Origin: Candidatus Delongbacteria bacterium
GTDB lineage: Bacteria > UBA4055
Assembly: GCA_003252515.1 (NCBI GenBank)
Contig: QKDR01000019.1
Span: 11,110 to 75,109 of the forward strand
Reading direction: 5' to 3'
DNA length: 64,000 nt
In this document: in pieces, positions 8,537 through 18,168 of the stretch
Numbering within the stretch: position 1 is the stretch's first letter
How the letters are laid out: every line of letters starts with the position of its first letter
Made by a program: the position numbers and the translations under genes
The notes under the pieces: model-generated
The model's database searches: none
Seen by the model: the letters and a program-made list of their open reading frames with translations, nothing else
What the model was told of the DNA's origin: nothing

Positions 8537-10921
8537 ATGAGTAAAACCGGAGTATTTCTCTGCCAGTGCGGAGGTAACATCTCGAACACGATTGATCTTG
8601 AAAAGGTTACAGAAGATGTTAAGAAAAGATACGGCGATGATGTTGAGGTTAAGATTTTCTCACACATGTGTTCCGGCGCAGGTCAGAAGCTTATAAAGGA
8701 CGATATTGAAGCTCAGGGGCTCGACAGAGTGGTCGTTGCGGCATGTTCTCCGCAGTTCCATGAGAAGACCTTTAAGGGAGTAATGGAAAAAAGTGGCCTG
8801 AACCCTCATGTTCTTGAGATCGCGAATTTGAGAGAGCATATTTCCTGGACGCACAAGGACAAACCTGAGATCGCAACGGAAAAAGCGAAAGACATTGTCA
8901 GTGCTTCGGTCTCGAAAGTAAAACTCGACGAACCTCTCTTCCCGAAAACGATGAAACTTGGTGACAGAGTGCTTATAATAGGAGGCGGTATCGCAGGTAT
9001 ACAGACAGCCCTCGACCTGGCCGACTCGGGCAAAAAAGTAACGCTGGTCGAGAAACTGCCCACTATCGGCGGGAAAATGGCCGTTCTTACAAAGACCTTT
9101 CCTACTGAGGATTGTTCGGCATGTATAATCTCACCGAAGATGTCAGATGTTCAGGACCATCCGAACATAACTCTTTATACTAATTCGGATATCACCGACA
9201 TTCAGGGGCACAGACTTCATTTCAAAGCAACGATAAAGAACAAAGCCCGTTATATAAAAGACACGATAGATATGGACCAGTGCCTTTCATGCGAGAAATG
9301 CGTACAGGTATGTCCGGTTACCGTAAGAAACTACTGGGAGCAGGGCGTCATAAACAGAAAGGCCGTTTATATCCCTGCGGCCCTTGCAATACCATTCAGA
9401 TATACGGTCGATCCTGATGCATGCCTGAACTTCAAGGGCGAGACCTGCAATAAATGTGTGGAGATTTGTCCGCAGCAGGTGATCGATCTGACGCAGAAGG
9501 ACGAAGTGATCGAGGAAGTGTTCGATTCGATCGTAGTCGCAACCGGATTCGATCTATATGACGCGACGGAAAAGCCTGTCTTCGGATACGGCAAATACAA
9601 AAATGTAGTAACAGCGCTCGAGATGGAGAGGATAGTCGACCATATTAGCGAGGATCAGCCGCCGAGAGAGGTCGGGAACAGAGTGGCGTTCATACAGTGC
9701 GTGGGTTCAAGGGACGAACAGATCGGCAGAGAGTACTGTTCAAGGGTATGCTGCATGTACTCGGTCAAACTCGCTTCACTTTTAAAACAGGCGAAACCGG
9801 AAACGGATATTTATATTTTCTATACGGACCTCAGAGCTTTCGGAAAAGGTTTCGAGGAATATTATAAAAGAGCTCAGAAGATGGGAATTAAGTTCGTTAG
9901 GGGAAAACCTTCGCATTTCGCCGAGAATCCGTTCACGAAACAGGTTACTGTCAATGTAGAGGATACGCTTTCCAGAGATGTTATTGAGACCGATTTCGAT
10001 CTGGTCGTCCTTGCGAACGGTATCGGACTCAGCAAGGCTACGGATCCGATAGTTAATTTCCTGAAACTCGCGAAAAGCGAGGACGGTTTCCTAAAAGAGG
10101 CCCATCCGAAATATAAACCTGTAGATACGCTGATAGAGGGTGTTTTCATCGCCGGAACGGCGCAGGGACCGAAAGATATTCCTGACACTGTCGCTCAGGC
10201 GAGTGCTGCGGCATCTAGGGTTATGGTGACGCTTGCTCAAAAGGAATTCAAGATCGATCCTATACTGGCCTTTGTAAACCAGGAAAAATGCGACGGATGC
10301 AAACTCTGTCTGACGAACTGCCCGAAGAACGCGGTCCGGATGAATGATAGCGGCAAAGCGGAAGTCGAGGAGGCGCTCTGTCTTGGATGCGGGTCGTGCA
10401 TAGCAAGCTGCCCGACCGAAGCGCTGGACCTTTACGCGTACACTTCCGATCAGCTGTATGCCGCAATAGAAGCGATCTTCGCGAACAAAAAAGAAGATGA
10501 GAACAGGGTCCTCGTTTTTGCAGATGACAGCTGCACTTACCGTGTCGCCGATGCTCTGGGTGTCAGGAAGATGAAATACTCGACCGACGTAAGGATAATC
10601 AGAGTGCCTTCAAGCGGAAGGGTTACCCCGAGCCTGATGATGTACGCGATGAAGAAAGGCGCCGACGCGATCCTGATCGGGGACTGCGAGAAAGACAAGC
10701 TTAGAGTATCATGGACGAGCGAAATATGCAGAAAGAGCATTGACGCGGCTAAGAAGATACTGGCTGATGCGGGTGTAGACGGCGAAAGGATATATTTTGA
10801 CGAATTCACGGCAGGATCACTCGCAAAATTTGTTGACAGGGTTAACGGCATAGCCGAATCCGTCACAAAGATGAAAAAGATCACTTCTGATATAAGGGAG
10901 GAATTATGTCAAAGAAAATAA
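8537..10921 (+). CDS. hdrA: Heterodisulfide reductase subunit A-like flavoprotein with fused C-terminal degenerate MvhD-like domain
   Basis: GVFLCQCGGNI, VVAACSP..HE, ANLREH.SW.H, GGGIAG, KTFPTEDCSACI, inserted ferredoxin (CLSCEKCVQVCP), QCVGSRD, CSRVCCMYSVK, QGPKDIP, two C-terminal CxxCxxCxxxCP motifs, then an MvhD-like tail. Confidence 0.93.
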   Translation: MSKTGVFLCQCGGNISNTIDLEKVTEDVKKRYGDDVEVKIFSHMCSGAGQKLIKDDIEAQGLDRVVVAACSPQFHEKTFKGVMEKSGLNPHVLEIANLREHISWTHKDKPEIATEKAKDIVSASVSKVKLDEPLFPKTMKLGDRVLIIGGGIAGIQTALDLADSGKKVTLVEKLPTIGGKMAVLTKTFPTEDCSACIISPKMSDVQDHPNITLYTNSDITDIQGHRLHFKATIKNKARYIKDTIDMDQCLSCEKCVQVCPVTVRNYWEQGVINRKAVYIPAALAIPFRYTVDPDACLNFKGETCNKCVEICPQQVIDLTQKDEVIEEVFDSIVVATGFDLYDATEKPVFGYGKYKNVVTALEMERIVDHISEDQPPREVGNRVAFIQCVGSRDEQIGREYCSRVCCMYSVKLASLLKQAKPETDIYIFYTDLRAFGKGFEEYYKRAQKMGIKFVRGKPSHFAENPFTKQVTVNVEDTLSRDVIETDFDLVVLANGIGLSKATDPIVNFLKLAKSEDGFLKEAHPKYKPVDTLIEGVFIAGTAQGPKDIPDTVAQASAAASRVMVTLAQKEFKIDPILAFVNQEKCDGCKLCLTNCPKNAVRMNDSGKAEVEEALCLGCGSCIASCPTEALDLYAYTSDQLYAAIEAIFANKKEDENRVLVFADDSCTYRVADALGVRKMKYSTDVRIIRVPSSGRVTPSLMMYAMKKGADAILIGDCEKDKLRVSWTSEICRKSIDAAKKILADAGVDGERIYFDEFTAGSLAKFVDRVNGIAESVTKMKKITSDIREELCQRK

Positions 10922-11310
10922 AACTTACCGATAAGGGCGTCGAATTTCTGAAAAAAGTTCAGGAGCTCAGCGGAGAGATCATCACTCTGTGCGAACAGTG
11001 CGGGACCTGTACAGGCGGCTGTCCGTACGTGGATCAGATGGATATAACTCCTTCACAGATAATGAGAAAAACCATGCTGGGTCAGACGGACGTTCTGGAT
11101 TCGCAGACCATGTGGATATGCGCCTCATGCTTTACCTGTACGGTCAGGTGTCCGAGAATGTTAGACGTTTCAAAAGTCTCCGAAGCCCTCCGACAGGTTA
11201 AACTGAGAGAAGCGGTGGACAAGATCAATATAGACGGCATATCAGACGAGGACGCGAAAGAGCTTCCTTCAATTGCGGTAGTTTCCGCATTCAGAAAATT
11301 TACAGGTTAA
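10906..11310 (+). CDS. hdrC: Heterodisulfide reductase subunit C-like 2x[4Fe-4S] protein
   Basis: CEQCGTCTGGCP and WICASCFTCTVRCP; lies between hdrA and hdrB. Confidence 0.9.
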   Translation: MSKKIKLTDKGVEFLKKVQELSGEIITLCEQCGTCTGGCPYVDQMDITPSQIMRKTMLGQTDVLDSQTMWICASCFTCTVRCPRMLDVSKVSEALRQVKLREAVDKINIDGISDEDAKELPSIAVVSAFRKFTG

Positions 11311-11333
11311 TTTAAATTTCAGGATATAGTAAA

Positions 11334-12236
11334 ATGAAAAAAAATATAAAAATATCCTATTTCCCCGGCTGTACTCTGAAAACTACCGCGAAGAACTTTG
11401 AAAGGTCCGCAGTTAAAGCAGGAGGGCTGATAGGTATAGAAATGGTCGAACTGTCGAAATGGAACTGCTGTGGCGTCGTCACCTCGCTCACAAGCGACGA
11501 TCTCATGAAGCACGTGGCACCGATAAGGAATTTTGTTCGCGCCGAAGAGATGAAAGATCAGGGACTGGTCAACGACAGCAGGATGCTCATTCTCTGCTCC
11601 ATGTGCTTCAACACAATGAAAAGAAGTAACAAAAGAGTAAGAGAGAACGCAGAAGACCTAAAATCTATAAACGATTTCATGTATCTGGAGAAAGATTATA
11701 ACGGATCCGTAGGTGTGGTCCACTATCTGGAACTTATGGCTGAGATCGGTTTCGATAATATTGCCGGAAAGATCAAAAAACAGCTGAAAGGTCTTAAGAT
11801 CGCCCCTTATTACGGGTGTATGCTTCTCAGACCGAAAGACATCGGTATAGATGACGCGGAAGCTCCTCACATTATAGAGGACTTCATAGGATCGGTAGGC
11901 GCCGAATCCGTCGGCTGGGACGCAAAAAGCAGATGTTGCGGAAGTTACCATACGGTCAACAACAAGGACATTGTGGTAAATCTGGCTAAAGGGATCATCG
12001 AGAACGCGAGACTTCACGGTGCGGAAGCTCTTATAACATCATGCCCGCTTTGCGCTTTCAATCTCGATAACAGGCAGAAACTAATAATGGAGAAAGATCC
12101 GAATTTCAGACCGATGCCGGTATTCTATTTTACTCAGCTTCTCGCTCTTGCGCTGGGACTCGGGGAAGAAGATATCGGGCTGGAAGGGAATTTCATTGAT
12201 ACCAAACCGCTTCTGAAAGAAAAAAATTTAATATAA
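11334..12236 (+). CDS. hdrB: Heterodisulfide reductase subunit B-like CCG-domain protein
   Basis: YFPGC...WNCCG...CSMC and YYGC...RCCG...CPLC..NLD..Q, i.e. both non-cubane cluster motifs. Confidence 0.92.
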   Translation: MKKNIKISYFPGCTLKTTAKNFERSAVKAGGLIGIEMVELSKWNCCGVVTSLTSDDLMKHVAPIRNFVRAEEMKDQGLVNDSRMLILCSMCFNTMKRSNKRVRENAEDLKSINDFMYLEKDYNGSVGVVHYLELMAEIGFDNIAGKIKKQLKGLKIAPYYGCMLLRPKDIGIDDAEAPHIIEDFIGSVGAESVGWDAKSRCCGSYHTVNNKDIVVNLAKGIIENARLHGAEALITSCPLCAFNLDNRQKLIMEKDPNFRPMPVFYFTQLLALALGLGEEDIGLEGNFIDTKPLLKEKNLI

Positions 12237-12250
12237 TAACGGGAGTAATT

Positions 12251-12937
12251 ATGTCAGATACTCAAAAGATGGTCAGGGTGTATATCATGGGCGAAGCCTA
12301 CATGGTTCCCGAAAGCTCGACTATCATAATGGCTTTCGAGTATGCCGGTTTCCAGCTTAAGAAAGGGGTCGGATGCCGTGAGGGATACTGCGGAGCCTGT
12401 GCAACGGTCTATCGCGAAAAAGGCGACTATAAACTTAAAGGCGGGCTCGGATGTCAGACGGTCGTTTCGGAAGGAATGTATATAGCTCAGATACCTTTCG
12501 TACCTGCTGATAAACCTAAATACGATATCAATGAACTGGCTCCTGACGTATCAACGTTCATGGAACTTTATCCGAGTGTCTTCAGGTGCGTGTCGTGCAA
12601 TACATGTACCAAAGCCTGTCCTCAGGATATTCAGGTCATGGATTACGTTCAGGCAATAATCAAAGGAGATATAGCTAAATCGGCCCAGTTGTCGTTCGAC
12701 TGTATCAGATGCGGTCTGTGCGCTCTCAGATGTCCGGCGGAGATAGTTCAGTTCAACGTCGCGATCCTGGCTCAAAGACTCTACGGAAAATATCTTTCTC
12801 CCAAGAACGAGCAGCTTGACAACAGGGTAAAGGAGGTCGAGGAAGGCAAGTACGACGGAGAGATAAAGAAAATGATGAACATGGAAAAGAGGGAATTGAC
12901 TGACATGTATTTCGGACGCGAGATCAAGATATCGTAA
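12251..12937 (+). CDS. Fumarate reductase/succinate dehydrogenase Fe-S subunit-like protein ([2Fe-2S] + 2x[4Fe-4S])
   Basis: GCREGYCGAC...GCQT, CVSCNTCTKACP and CIRCGLCALRCP; adjacent to the flavoprotein gene. Confidence 0.82.
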   Translation: MSDTQKMVRVYIMGEAYMVPESSTIIMAFEYAGFQLKKGVGCREGYCGACATVYREKGDYKLKGGLGCQTVVSEGMYIAQIPFVPADKPKYDINELAPDVSTFMELYPSVFRCVSCNTCTKACPQDIQVMDYVQAIIKGDIAKSAQLSFDCIRCGLCALRCPAEIVQFNVAILAQRLYGKYLSPKNEQLDNRVKEVEEGKYDGEIKKMMNMEKRELTDMYFGREIKIS

Positions 12938-12963
12938 TAAAGACCAATTTTAAGGAGTAAAAA

Positions 12964-14634
12964 ATGTATCCTGAATATATGATGGAATCAATAAGGAAAG
13001 TTGAAGCGACCAGAGGTGAAAGGCTTGAACTTGTCCGTAAAAAAGGTAAAATGATCTATCCCGGGATGAGCGAGCAGGAAAGGAAAGAAGTTCTTGATAA
13101 TTTTCACCCCGATTACAAATCCGATGCCAGAAGGAAGGTCAAAGTCGGTCCGGATAAAGATCTGATAATGACGACAGAGATAGCAGATATGTTAGAATCG
13201 TATTCGAGGATCGACATAAAAAAATTCGACCTGACAAAGCCTGATTTCGAGACCGATGTCTTCGTGATCGGAGCAGGGTCCGCCGGGATGTCGGCCGCGC
13301 TCGTGGCGTCCGAGAACGGAGCGGACGTTCTTCTCGCGACAAAGCTGAGGCTCGGGGACGCGAACTCCATGATGGCTCAGGGCGGTATTCAGGCGGCGGA
13401 CGCAAAAGACGACTCCCCGGCGATCCACTATCTTGACGTGATCGGCGGAGGGCATTTCGACAACAAGCCCGAACTGGTGGAGGCTCTCGTGAATGATGCT
13501 CCCAAGTCGATAAAATGGCTTGAAGAGCTCGGAGTAATGTTCGACAAGGAAAAAGACGGCAGGATGACCGTGAAATCCGGCGGCGGTACAAGCAGGAACA
13601 GAATGCATTCGGCAAGAGACTATACCGGTGCGGCTATCTGCAAGGTTATCAGGGATGAAGTCTACAACAGAATGGACAAGATCAAATATTTAGAGTATAC
13701 TGCTGCAGTCGAACTCATACTGAACGAAAAGAAAGAAGTGGCGGGGGCTGTTATTTATCACCTTGAAACCAAGCAGTATTCAATTGTAAAAGCAAAATCT
13801 GTGATCATCGCTACCGGTGGGTTCGGAAGACTGCACATCAGAGGTTACGAAACGACCAATCACTATGGAGCGACTGCGGACGGACTTATTATGGCTTACA
13901 GAGCAGGCGCGAACCTGCTGTATATGGACTCTGTACAGTACCACCCGACAGGCGCTGTTTATCCTGAGCAGATCGTAGGATTCCTATGTACCGAGAAGAT
14001 CAGAGGTCTTGGCGCTCAACCTGTCAACAAGGACGGCGAACTGTTCGTATATCCGCTTGAACCGAGAGATATCGAAGCGTCGGCTTTTATCAGAGAATGC
14101 GAGAAAGGTAAGGGAATTAAAACACCTTCCGGGCTTCATGGGATCTGGCTTGACACACCTCTGATCGAGCAGATAAGCGGTGAAGGAACCATAGAGAAAG
14201 CTCTCCCCGCCATGCTCAGGCAGTACGAAAGATTCGATATTGACATAAGGAAATATCCTATGCTTGTTTATCCGACTCTGCATTATCAGAATGGCGGTAT
14301 AGAGATCAACGCTAAAAGCGAATCGAAGATACCGGGACTGTATGTTGCGGGAGAAGCTACAGGCGGAGTTCACGGACGGAACAGACTGATGGGCAACTCT
14401 CAGCTTGACATTATCGTATTCGGCAAAAGAGCAGGCTACTATGCTTCAGAAAGATCGAAAGGGATCAAAGACGCAGGCAAACTCTCTCTTGAACACGTGA
14501 CCGCATACAATAAGGAAGTAGAAGCCCTCGGTATCGAAAAGAGCAAAATAGCTCCTATAATACTGCCGGATTACATTCCTGACCATGTAAAAGCGAAACA
14601 GCTCGTGAACGAATATAACGGAACTCTTATATAA
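12964..14634 (+). CDS. Fumarate reductase/succinate dehydrogenase-family flavoprotein (FrdA/SdhA/TfrA-like)
   Basis: IGAGSAG, NSMMAQGGI, IATGG, QYHPTG, TE..RG, PRD, HYQNGGI, GLYVAGE..GG.HG.NRL.GNS; the dicarboxylate-site residues are retained. Confidence 0.88.
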   Translation: MYPEYMMESIRKVEATRGERLELVRKKGKMIYPGMSEQERKEVLDNFHPDYKSDARRKVKVGPDKDLIMTTEIADMLESYSRIDIKKFDLTKPDFETDVFVIGAGSAGMSAALVASENGADVLLATKLRLGDANSMMAQGGIQAADAKDDSPAIHYLDVIGGGHFDNKPELVEALVNDAPKSIKWLEELGVMFDKEKDGRMTVKSGGGTSRNRMHSARDYTGAAICKVIRDEVYNRMDKIKYLEYTAAVELILNEKKEVAGAVIYHLETKQYSIVKAKSVIIATGGFGRLHIRGYETTNHYGATADGLIMAYRAGANLLYMDSVQYHPTGAVYPEQIVGFLCTEKIRGLGAQPVNKDGELFVYPLEPRDIEASAFIRECEKGKGIKTPSGLHGIWLDTPLIEQISGEGTIEKALPAMLRQYERFDIDIRKYPMLVYPTLHYQNGGIEINAKSESKIPGLYVAGEATGGVHGRNRLMGNSQLDIIVFGKRAGYYASERSKGIKDAGKLSLEHVTAYNKEVEALGIEKSKIAPIILPDYIPDHVKAKQLVNEYNGTLI

Positions 14635-14656
14635 AGAAAATATAAGCAGGTGAATT

Positions 14657-15832
14657 ATGAAGATCCATGAATATCAGGCAAAAGAGCTTTTTGTCAGGTA
14701 CGGCATTCCCGTTCCGCCGGGAAAAATGACAGACAATCCTGAACAGGCGTCGGAAGCCGCGAAGTCGATCGGCGGAGGAATATGGGCGGTCAAAGCCCAG
14801 ATTCACGCAGGCGGCAGAGGCAAGGGCGGCGGAGTCAGACTGGCAAAAAGTCTCACTGAGGTAAACGAGCACGCAAAAGCGATCCTCGGGATGAACCTTG
14901 TCACCGCACAGACCGGTCCGGAAGGACAGCCGGTCAGAAAAATATATATCGAAGGCGGTGTAGATATTGCCAGAGAGTTTTATCTCGGTATGATACTCGA
15001 CAGATCCGCAGAGATGCCTGTAATGATGCTGTCGTCCGAAGGCGGGATGGAGATCGAGAAAGTAGCCGCCGAATCTCCCGAGAAGATAATAAAGATCTAT
15101 GTTGATCCGCTTTTCGGACTGAAGAAGTTCCAGATACTTGAAGCCGGTTACAAACTGGGGCTTCATAAAGACGATATAAAAGAACTGTATGTGTTCGCGA
15201 AAGGTCTCTATGATCTTTATACCGGGCTGGATGCGAGTATAGTCGAGATAAACCCTCTGGTGCTTACCAAAGAAGGTCGGTTCATTGCGCTGGACGCTAA
15301 AATCGTGTTCGATGATAATGCATTGTTCAGACATAATGAAGTGGTTGAAATGAGAGATTTTTCTGAAGAGGAACCCGCGGAGACAGAAGCAGGTAAATAC
15401 GGGCTGAGTTATGTTAAACTTGACGGTAATGTCGGGTGTATGGTGAACGGAGCAGGACTTGCAATGACCACAATGGACGTGATAAAGCTGGTTGGAGGAG
15501 AACCTGCCAATTTTCTTGATGTCGGAGGCAACGCAAGTGCAAAAACTGTAGCCAAAGGGTTCGAGATTATACTTAATGATCCTAACGTCAAGGTGATCTT
15601 CGTTAATATTTTCGGAGGTATCGTCAGATGCGACAGGATAGCGAACGGAATTCTTGAGGCGATAGGAGGTACCGGAATAAATATCCCGATAATAGTAAGG
15701 CTGGACGGTACTAACGCCCCGGAGGCTCTGGAGATACTGAAAAAGGCAGGTAATCCAAATATTATTACATCGGACAGACTGTCAGCAGGTGCAAAACTTG
15801 CTGTTCAGGTAGCTGCGGGAGGTGAAAAATGA
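14657..15832 (+). CDS. sucC: Succinyl-CoA synthetase beta subunit
   Basis: [59 protein letters not shown]. Confidence 0.96.
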   Translation: MKIHEYQAKELFVRYGIPVPPGKMTDNPEQASEAAKSIGGGIWAVKAQIHAGGRGKGGGVRLAKSLTEVNEHAKAILGMNLVTAQTGPEGQPVRKIYIEGGVDIAREFYLGMILDRSAEMPVMMLSSEGGMEIEKVAAESPEKIIKIYVDPLFGLKKFQILEAGYKLGLHKDDIKELYVFAKGLYDLYTGLDASIVEINPLVLTKEGRFIALDAKIVFDDNALFRHNEVVEMRDFSEEEPAETEAGKYGLSYVKLDGNVGCMVNGAGLAMTTMDVIKLVGGEPANFLDVGGNASAKTVAKGFEIILNDPNVKVIFVNIFGGIVRCDRIANGILEAIGGTGINIPIIVRLDGTNAPEALEILKKAGNPNIITSDRLSAGAKLAVQVAAGGEK

Positions 15833-16707
15833 GCATATTGGTAGGCAGCGGATCAAAAGTTATCGTGCAGGGATTTACCGGGAAAGAAGGCACTTTTCAC
15901 GCTCAGCAATGTATTGAATACGGTACGAACATCGTGGGCGGCGTAACGCCCGGAAAAGGCGGTGAACACCATCTCGACAGGAAAGTGTTCAATACTGTAA
16001 AAGATGCTGTCGCTGAAACCGGAGCGGACGTATCTCTTATCTTCGTCCCGCCGTCTTCAGGCGGTGAGGCTATTATCGAGGCCGCATATGCCGGGATAAA
16101 GATAATAGTCTGCATAACGGAAGGTATTCCCGTGCTGGATGTATTGAAAGCGAAAAAATACGCAGAAATGAAAGGCGCAAGGCTTATAGGACCGAACTGT
16201 CCGGGTATAATTACACCGGAAGAAGCTAAAATAGGTATTATGCCGGGAAATATTTTCAGGAAAGGCAGAGTGGGGCTGATATCCAAATCGGGCACTTTGA
16301 CATACGAGGCGGCAAATCAGATCGTCAAGGCGGGTTTCGGAATTTCGACCGCTATCGGAATAGGCGGAGATCAGATAATCGGAACTACATTTATCGACGC
16401 GCTTAAACTTTTCAAAGAAGACGATAAAACTAAGGCTGTAGTACTTATAGGTGAGATCGGTGGTGATCTTGAGATACAGGCCGCTGAATATATAAAAAAG
16501 GAATTCAACAAACCTGTGATGGCTTTTATAGCCGGACAGACAGCTCCGAAAGGTAAAAGGATGGGACATGCCGGAGCGATCATAGCCAGTTCGAAAGGTA
16601 CCGCTGAAGAAAAAATAAAAGCTCTCAGGAACGCCGGTGTCGCGGTATGCGATATACCCGAGTGTTTCGGCGAACTTTTAAAGAAGGAGTTCGAAGGAAT
16701 AGCTTAA
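15829..16707 (+). CDS. sucD: Succinyl-CoA synthetase alpha subunit
   Basis: [40 protein letters not shown] (phospho-His); 4-nt overlap with sucC. Confidence 0.96.
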   Translation: MSILVGSGSKVIVQGFTGKEGTFHAQQCIEYGTNIVGGVTPGKGGEHHLDRKVFNTVKDAVAETGADVSLIFVPPSSGGEAIIEAAYAGIKIIVCITEGIPVLDVLKAKKYAEMKGARLIGPNCPGIITPEEAKIGIMPGNIFRKGRVGLISKSGTLTYEAANQIVKAGFGISTAIGIGGDQIIGTTFIDALKLFKEDDKTKAVVLIGEIGGDLEIQAAEYIKKEFNKPVMAFIAGQTAPKGKRMGHAGAIIASSKGTAEEKIKALRNAGVAVCDIPECFGELLKKEFEGIA

Positions 16708-16719
16708 AACGGAGGGACT

Positions 16720-17565
16720 ATGAGAGAAATACATACTGACGACATAATATCCTCGGTAAAAAAACTCAGTATAGAAGCCAACTATTATCTCAGTGAAGAC
16801 GTGATCCGAAGAATAGAGTATCTAAAAGAAAAAGAGGAATCGGGAACGGCTGTCGAAGTCCTGAACATACTACTTGAGAATTATAAAATGGCCGCGAAGG
16901 AGAAGATGCCGATCTGTCAGGATACGGGTATTGCTGTCGTATTCCTCGAGATAGGTCAGGATGTACATATTATCGGCGGGGACCTGACCGAGGCCATAAA
17001 CGAGGGCGTCAGACAGGGTTATAAGAACGGCTATCTCAGGAAGTCTATGGTTGACGATCCGATAGTCGACCGCAAGAACACGACCGACAACACTCCTGCT
17101 ATAATCTATACCGACATCGTTCCCGGTGACAAAATGAAGATCACTCTCGCTCCGAAAGGCGGCGGCTCCGAAAACATGAGCGAAGTTAAGATGATGAAGG
17201 CTGCCGACGGCATAGAAGGCGTGATAAGCTTCGTTGTCGACAGGATAAAAAGATCGGGCGGCAATCCGTGTCCGCCGATTGTTGTAGGTGTTGGTCTCGG
17301 CGGCAATTTTGAACAGAGCGCCCTGCTCGCCAAGAAGTCTCTTCTCAGAAACCTCGACGAACCTAATCCTGATCCTAAATGGGAAAAGGTCGAGAACGAA
17401 ATACTCGAGAAAATAAATAAACTCGGCATCGGTCCGCAGGGACTGGGCGGAAGAACAACAGCCCTTGCCGTTCATATACTAACGAAACCTTGTCATATTG
17501 CGTCAATGCCGGTAGCCGTGAACGTCCAGTGCCACGCGGCAAGACATAAATCCGTAATATTGTAA
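16720..17565 (+). CDS. Class I two-subunit Fe-S fumarate hydratase, alpha subunit
   Basis: PICQDTG, GYLRKS.V, NT.DNTPA, PKGGGSENMS, NPCPP, GPQGLGG.TT, HIAS.PVAVN.QCHAARH. Confidence 0.92.
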   Translation: MREIHTDDIISSVKKLSIEANYYLSEDVIRRIEYLKEKEESGTAVEVLNILLENYKMAAKEKMPICQDTGIAVVFLEIGQDVHIIGGDLTEAINEGVRQGYKNGYLRKSMVDDPIVDRKNTTDNTPAIIYTDIVPGDKMKITLAPKGGGSENMSEVKMMKAADGIEGVISFVVDRIKRSGGNPCPPIVVGVGLGGNFEQSALLAKKSLLRNLDEPNPDPKWEKVENEILEKINKLGIGPQGLGGRTTALAVHILTKPCHIASMPVAVNVQCHAARHKSVIL

Positions 17566-17577
17566 CCGGAGGGAAAT

Positions 17578-18132
17578 ATGCCTAAAACAGTTTATCTTAA
17601 AACACCGTTGAAAAGCAGTGACCTTACCGGGCTCGAGATAGGCGACAAGGTCTTTATTACGGGAACGGTCTATACCGCCAGAGACGCGGCTCACAAGAGG
17701 CTTGTTCAGCTTTTGGAAAAAGGGGAAAAACTGCCTTTTGATCCTCATGGTCAGATCATATATTATGTCGGACCTGCGCCTACTCCTCCCGGAAAAGCGA
17801 TAGGATCGGCGGGACCGACAACAAGCTACAGGATGGACCCTTATGCTCCGGCTCTCATGGATGCAGGTATCAAGGCTATGATCGGTAAAGGCGAAAGGAG
17901 TAAAGCAGTAATTGATTCGATGATAAAGAATCAGGCTGTTTATCTCGCAGCTATAGGCGGAGCGGCTGTCGTTATATCTGAATCGATAAAAAAATCAGAA
18001 ATAATAGCATATGAAGATCTGGGCGCGGAAGCAATAAGGAAGCTTGAGGTGGAGAATTTCCCCTGCATAGTCGCGAACGATGTTAAAGGAAACGATATCT
18101 TTATCGAGGGCGTAAAGAAGTATAAAAGATGA
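17578..18132 (+). CDS. Class I two-subunit Fe-S fumarate hydratase, beta subunit
   Basis: YTARDAAHKRL, YYVGP, GSAGPTTSYRMD, MIGKG.R, DLG.EAI..L.V..FP. Confidence 0.92.
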   Translation: MPKTVYLKTPLKSSDLTGLEIGDKVFITGTVYTARDAAHKRLVQLLEKGEKLPFDPHGQIIYYVGPAPTPPGKAIGSAGPTTSYRMDPYAPALMDAGIKAMIGKGERSKAVIDSMIKNQAVYLAAIGGAAVVISESIKKSEIIAYEDLGAEAIRKLEVENFPCIVANDVKGNDIFIEGVKKYKR

Positions 18133-18168
18133 AGCTTATGAAATATAAATAAACAGCGGGAGTAAAAA

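Noticed and set aside
8537..12236. Methanogenesis, sulfate reduction (Qmo) or selenocysteine recoding in the hdr genes
   Set aside because: There are no mcr, apr, dsr or qmoC genes in the window, the context is bacterial C4 metabolism, and the ORFs have no in-frame TGA.
12964..14634. Calling the flavoprotein L-aspartate oxidase (nadB)
   Set aside because: It shares the His-less AQGG motif, but it has a dedicated Fe-S partner, sits among sucCD and fumarase genes, and has no nadA or nadC nearby.
16720..18132. L-tartrate dehydratase TtdAB
   Set aside because: Same family, but the KGGGSEN motif and the position between sucD and malic enzyme favour fumarase.
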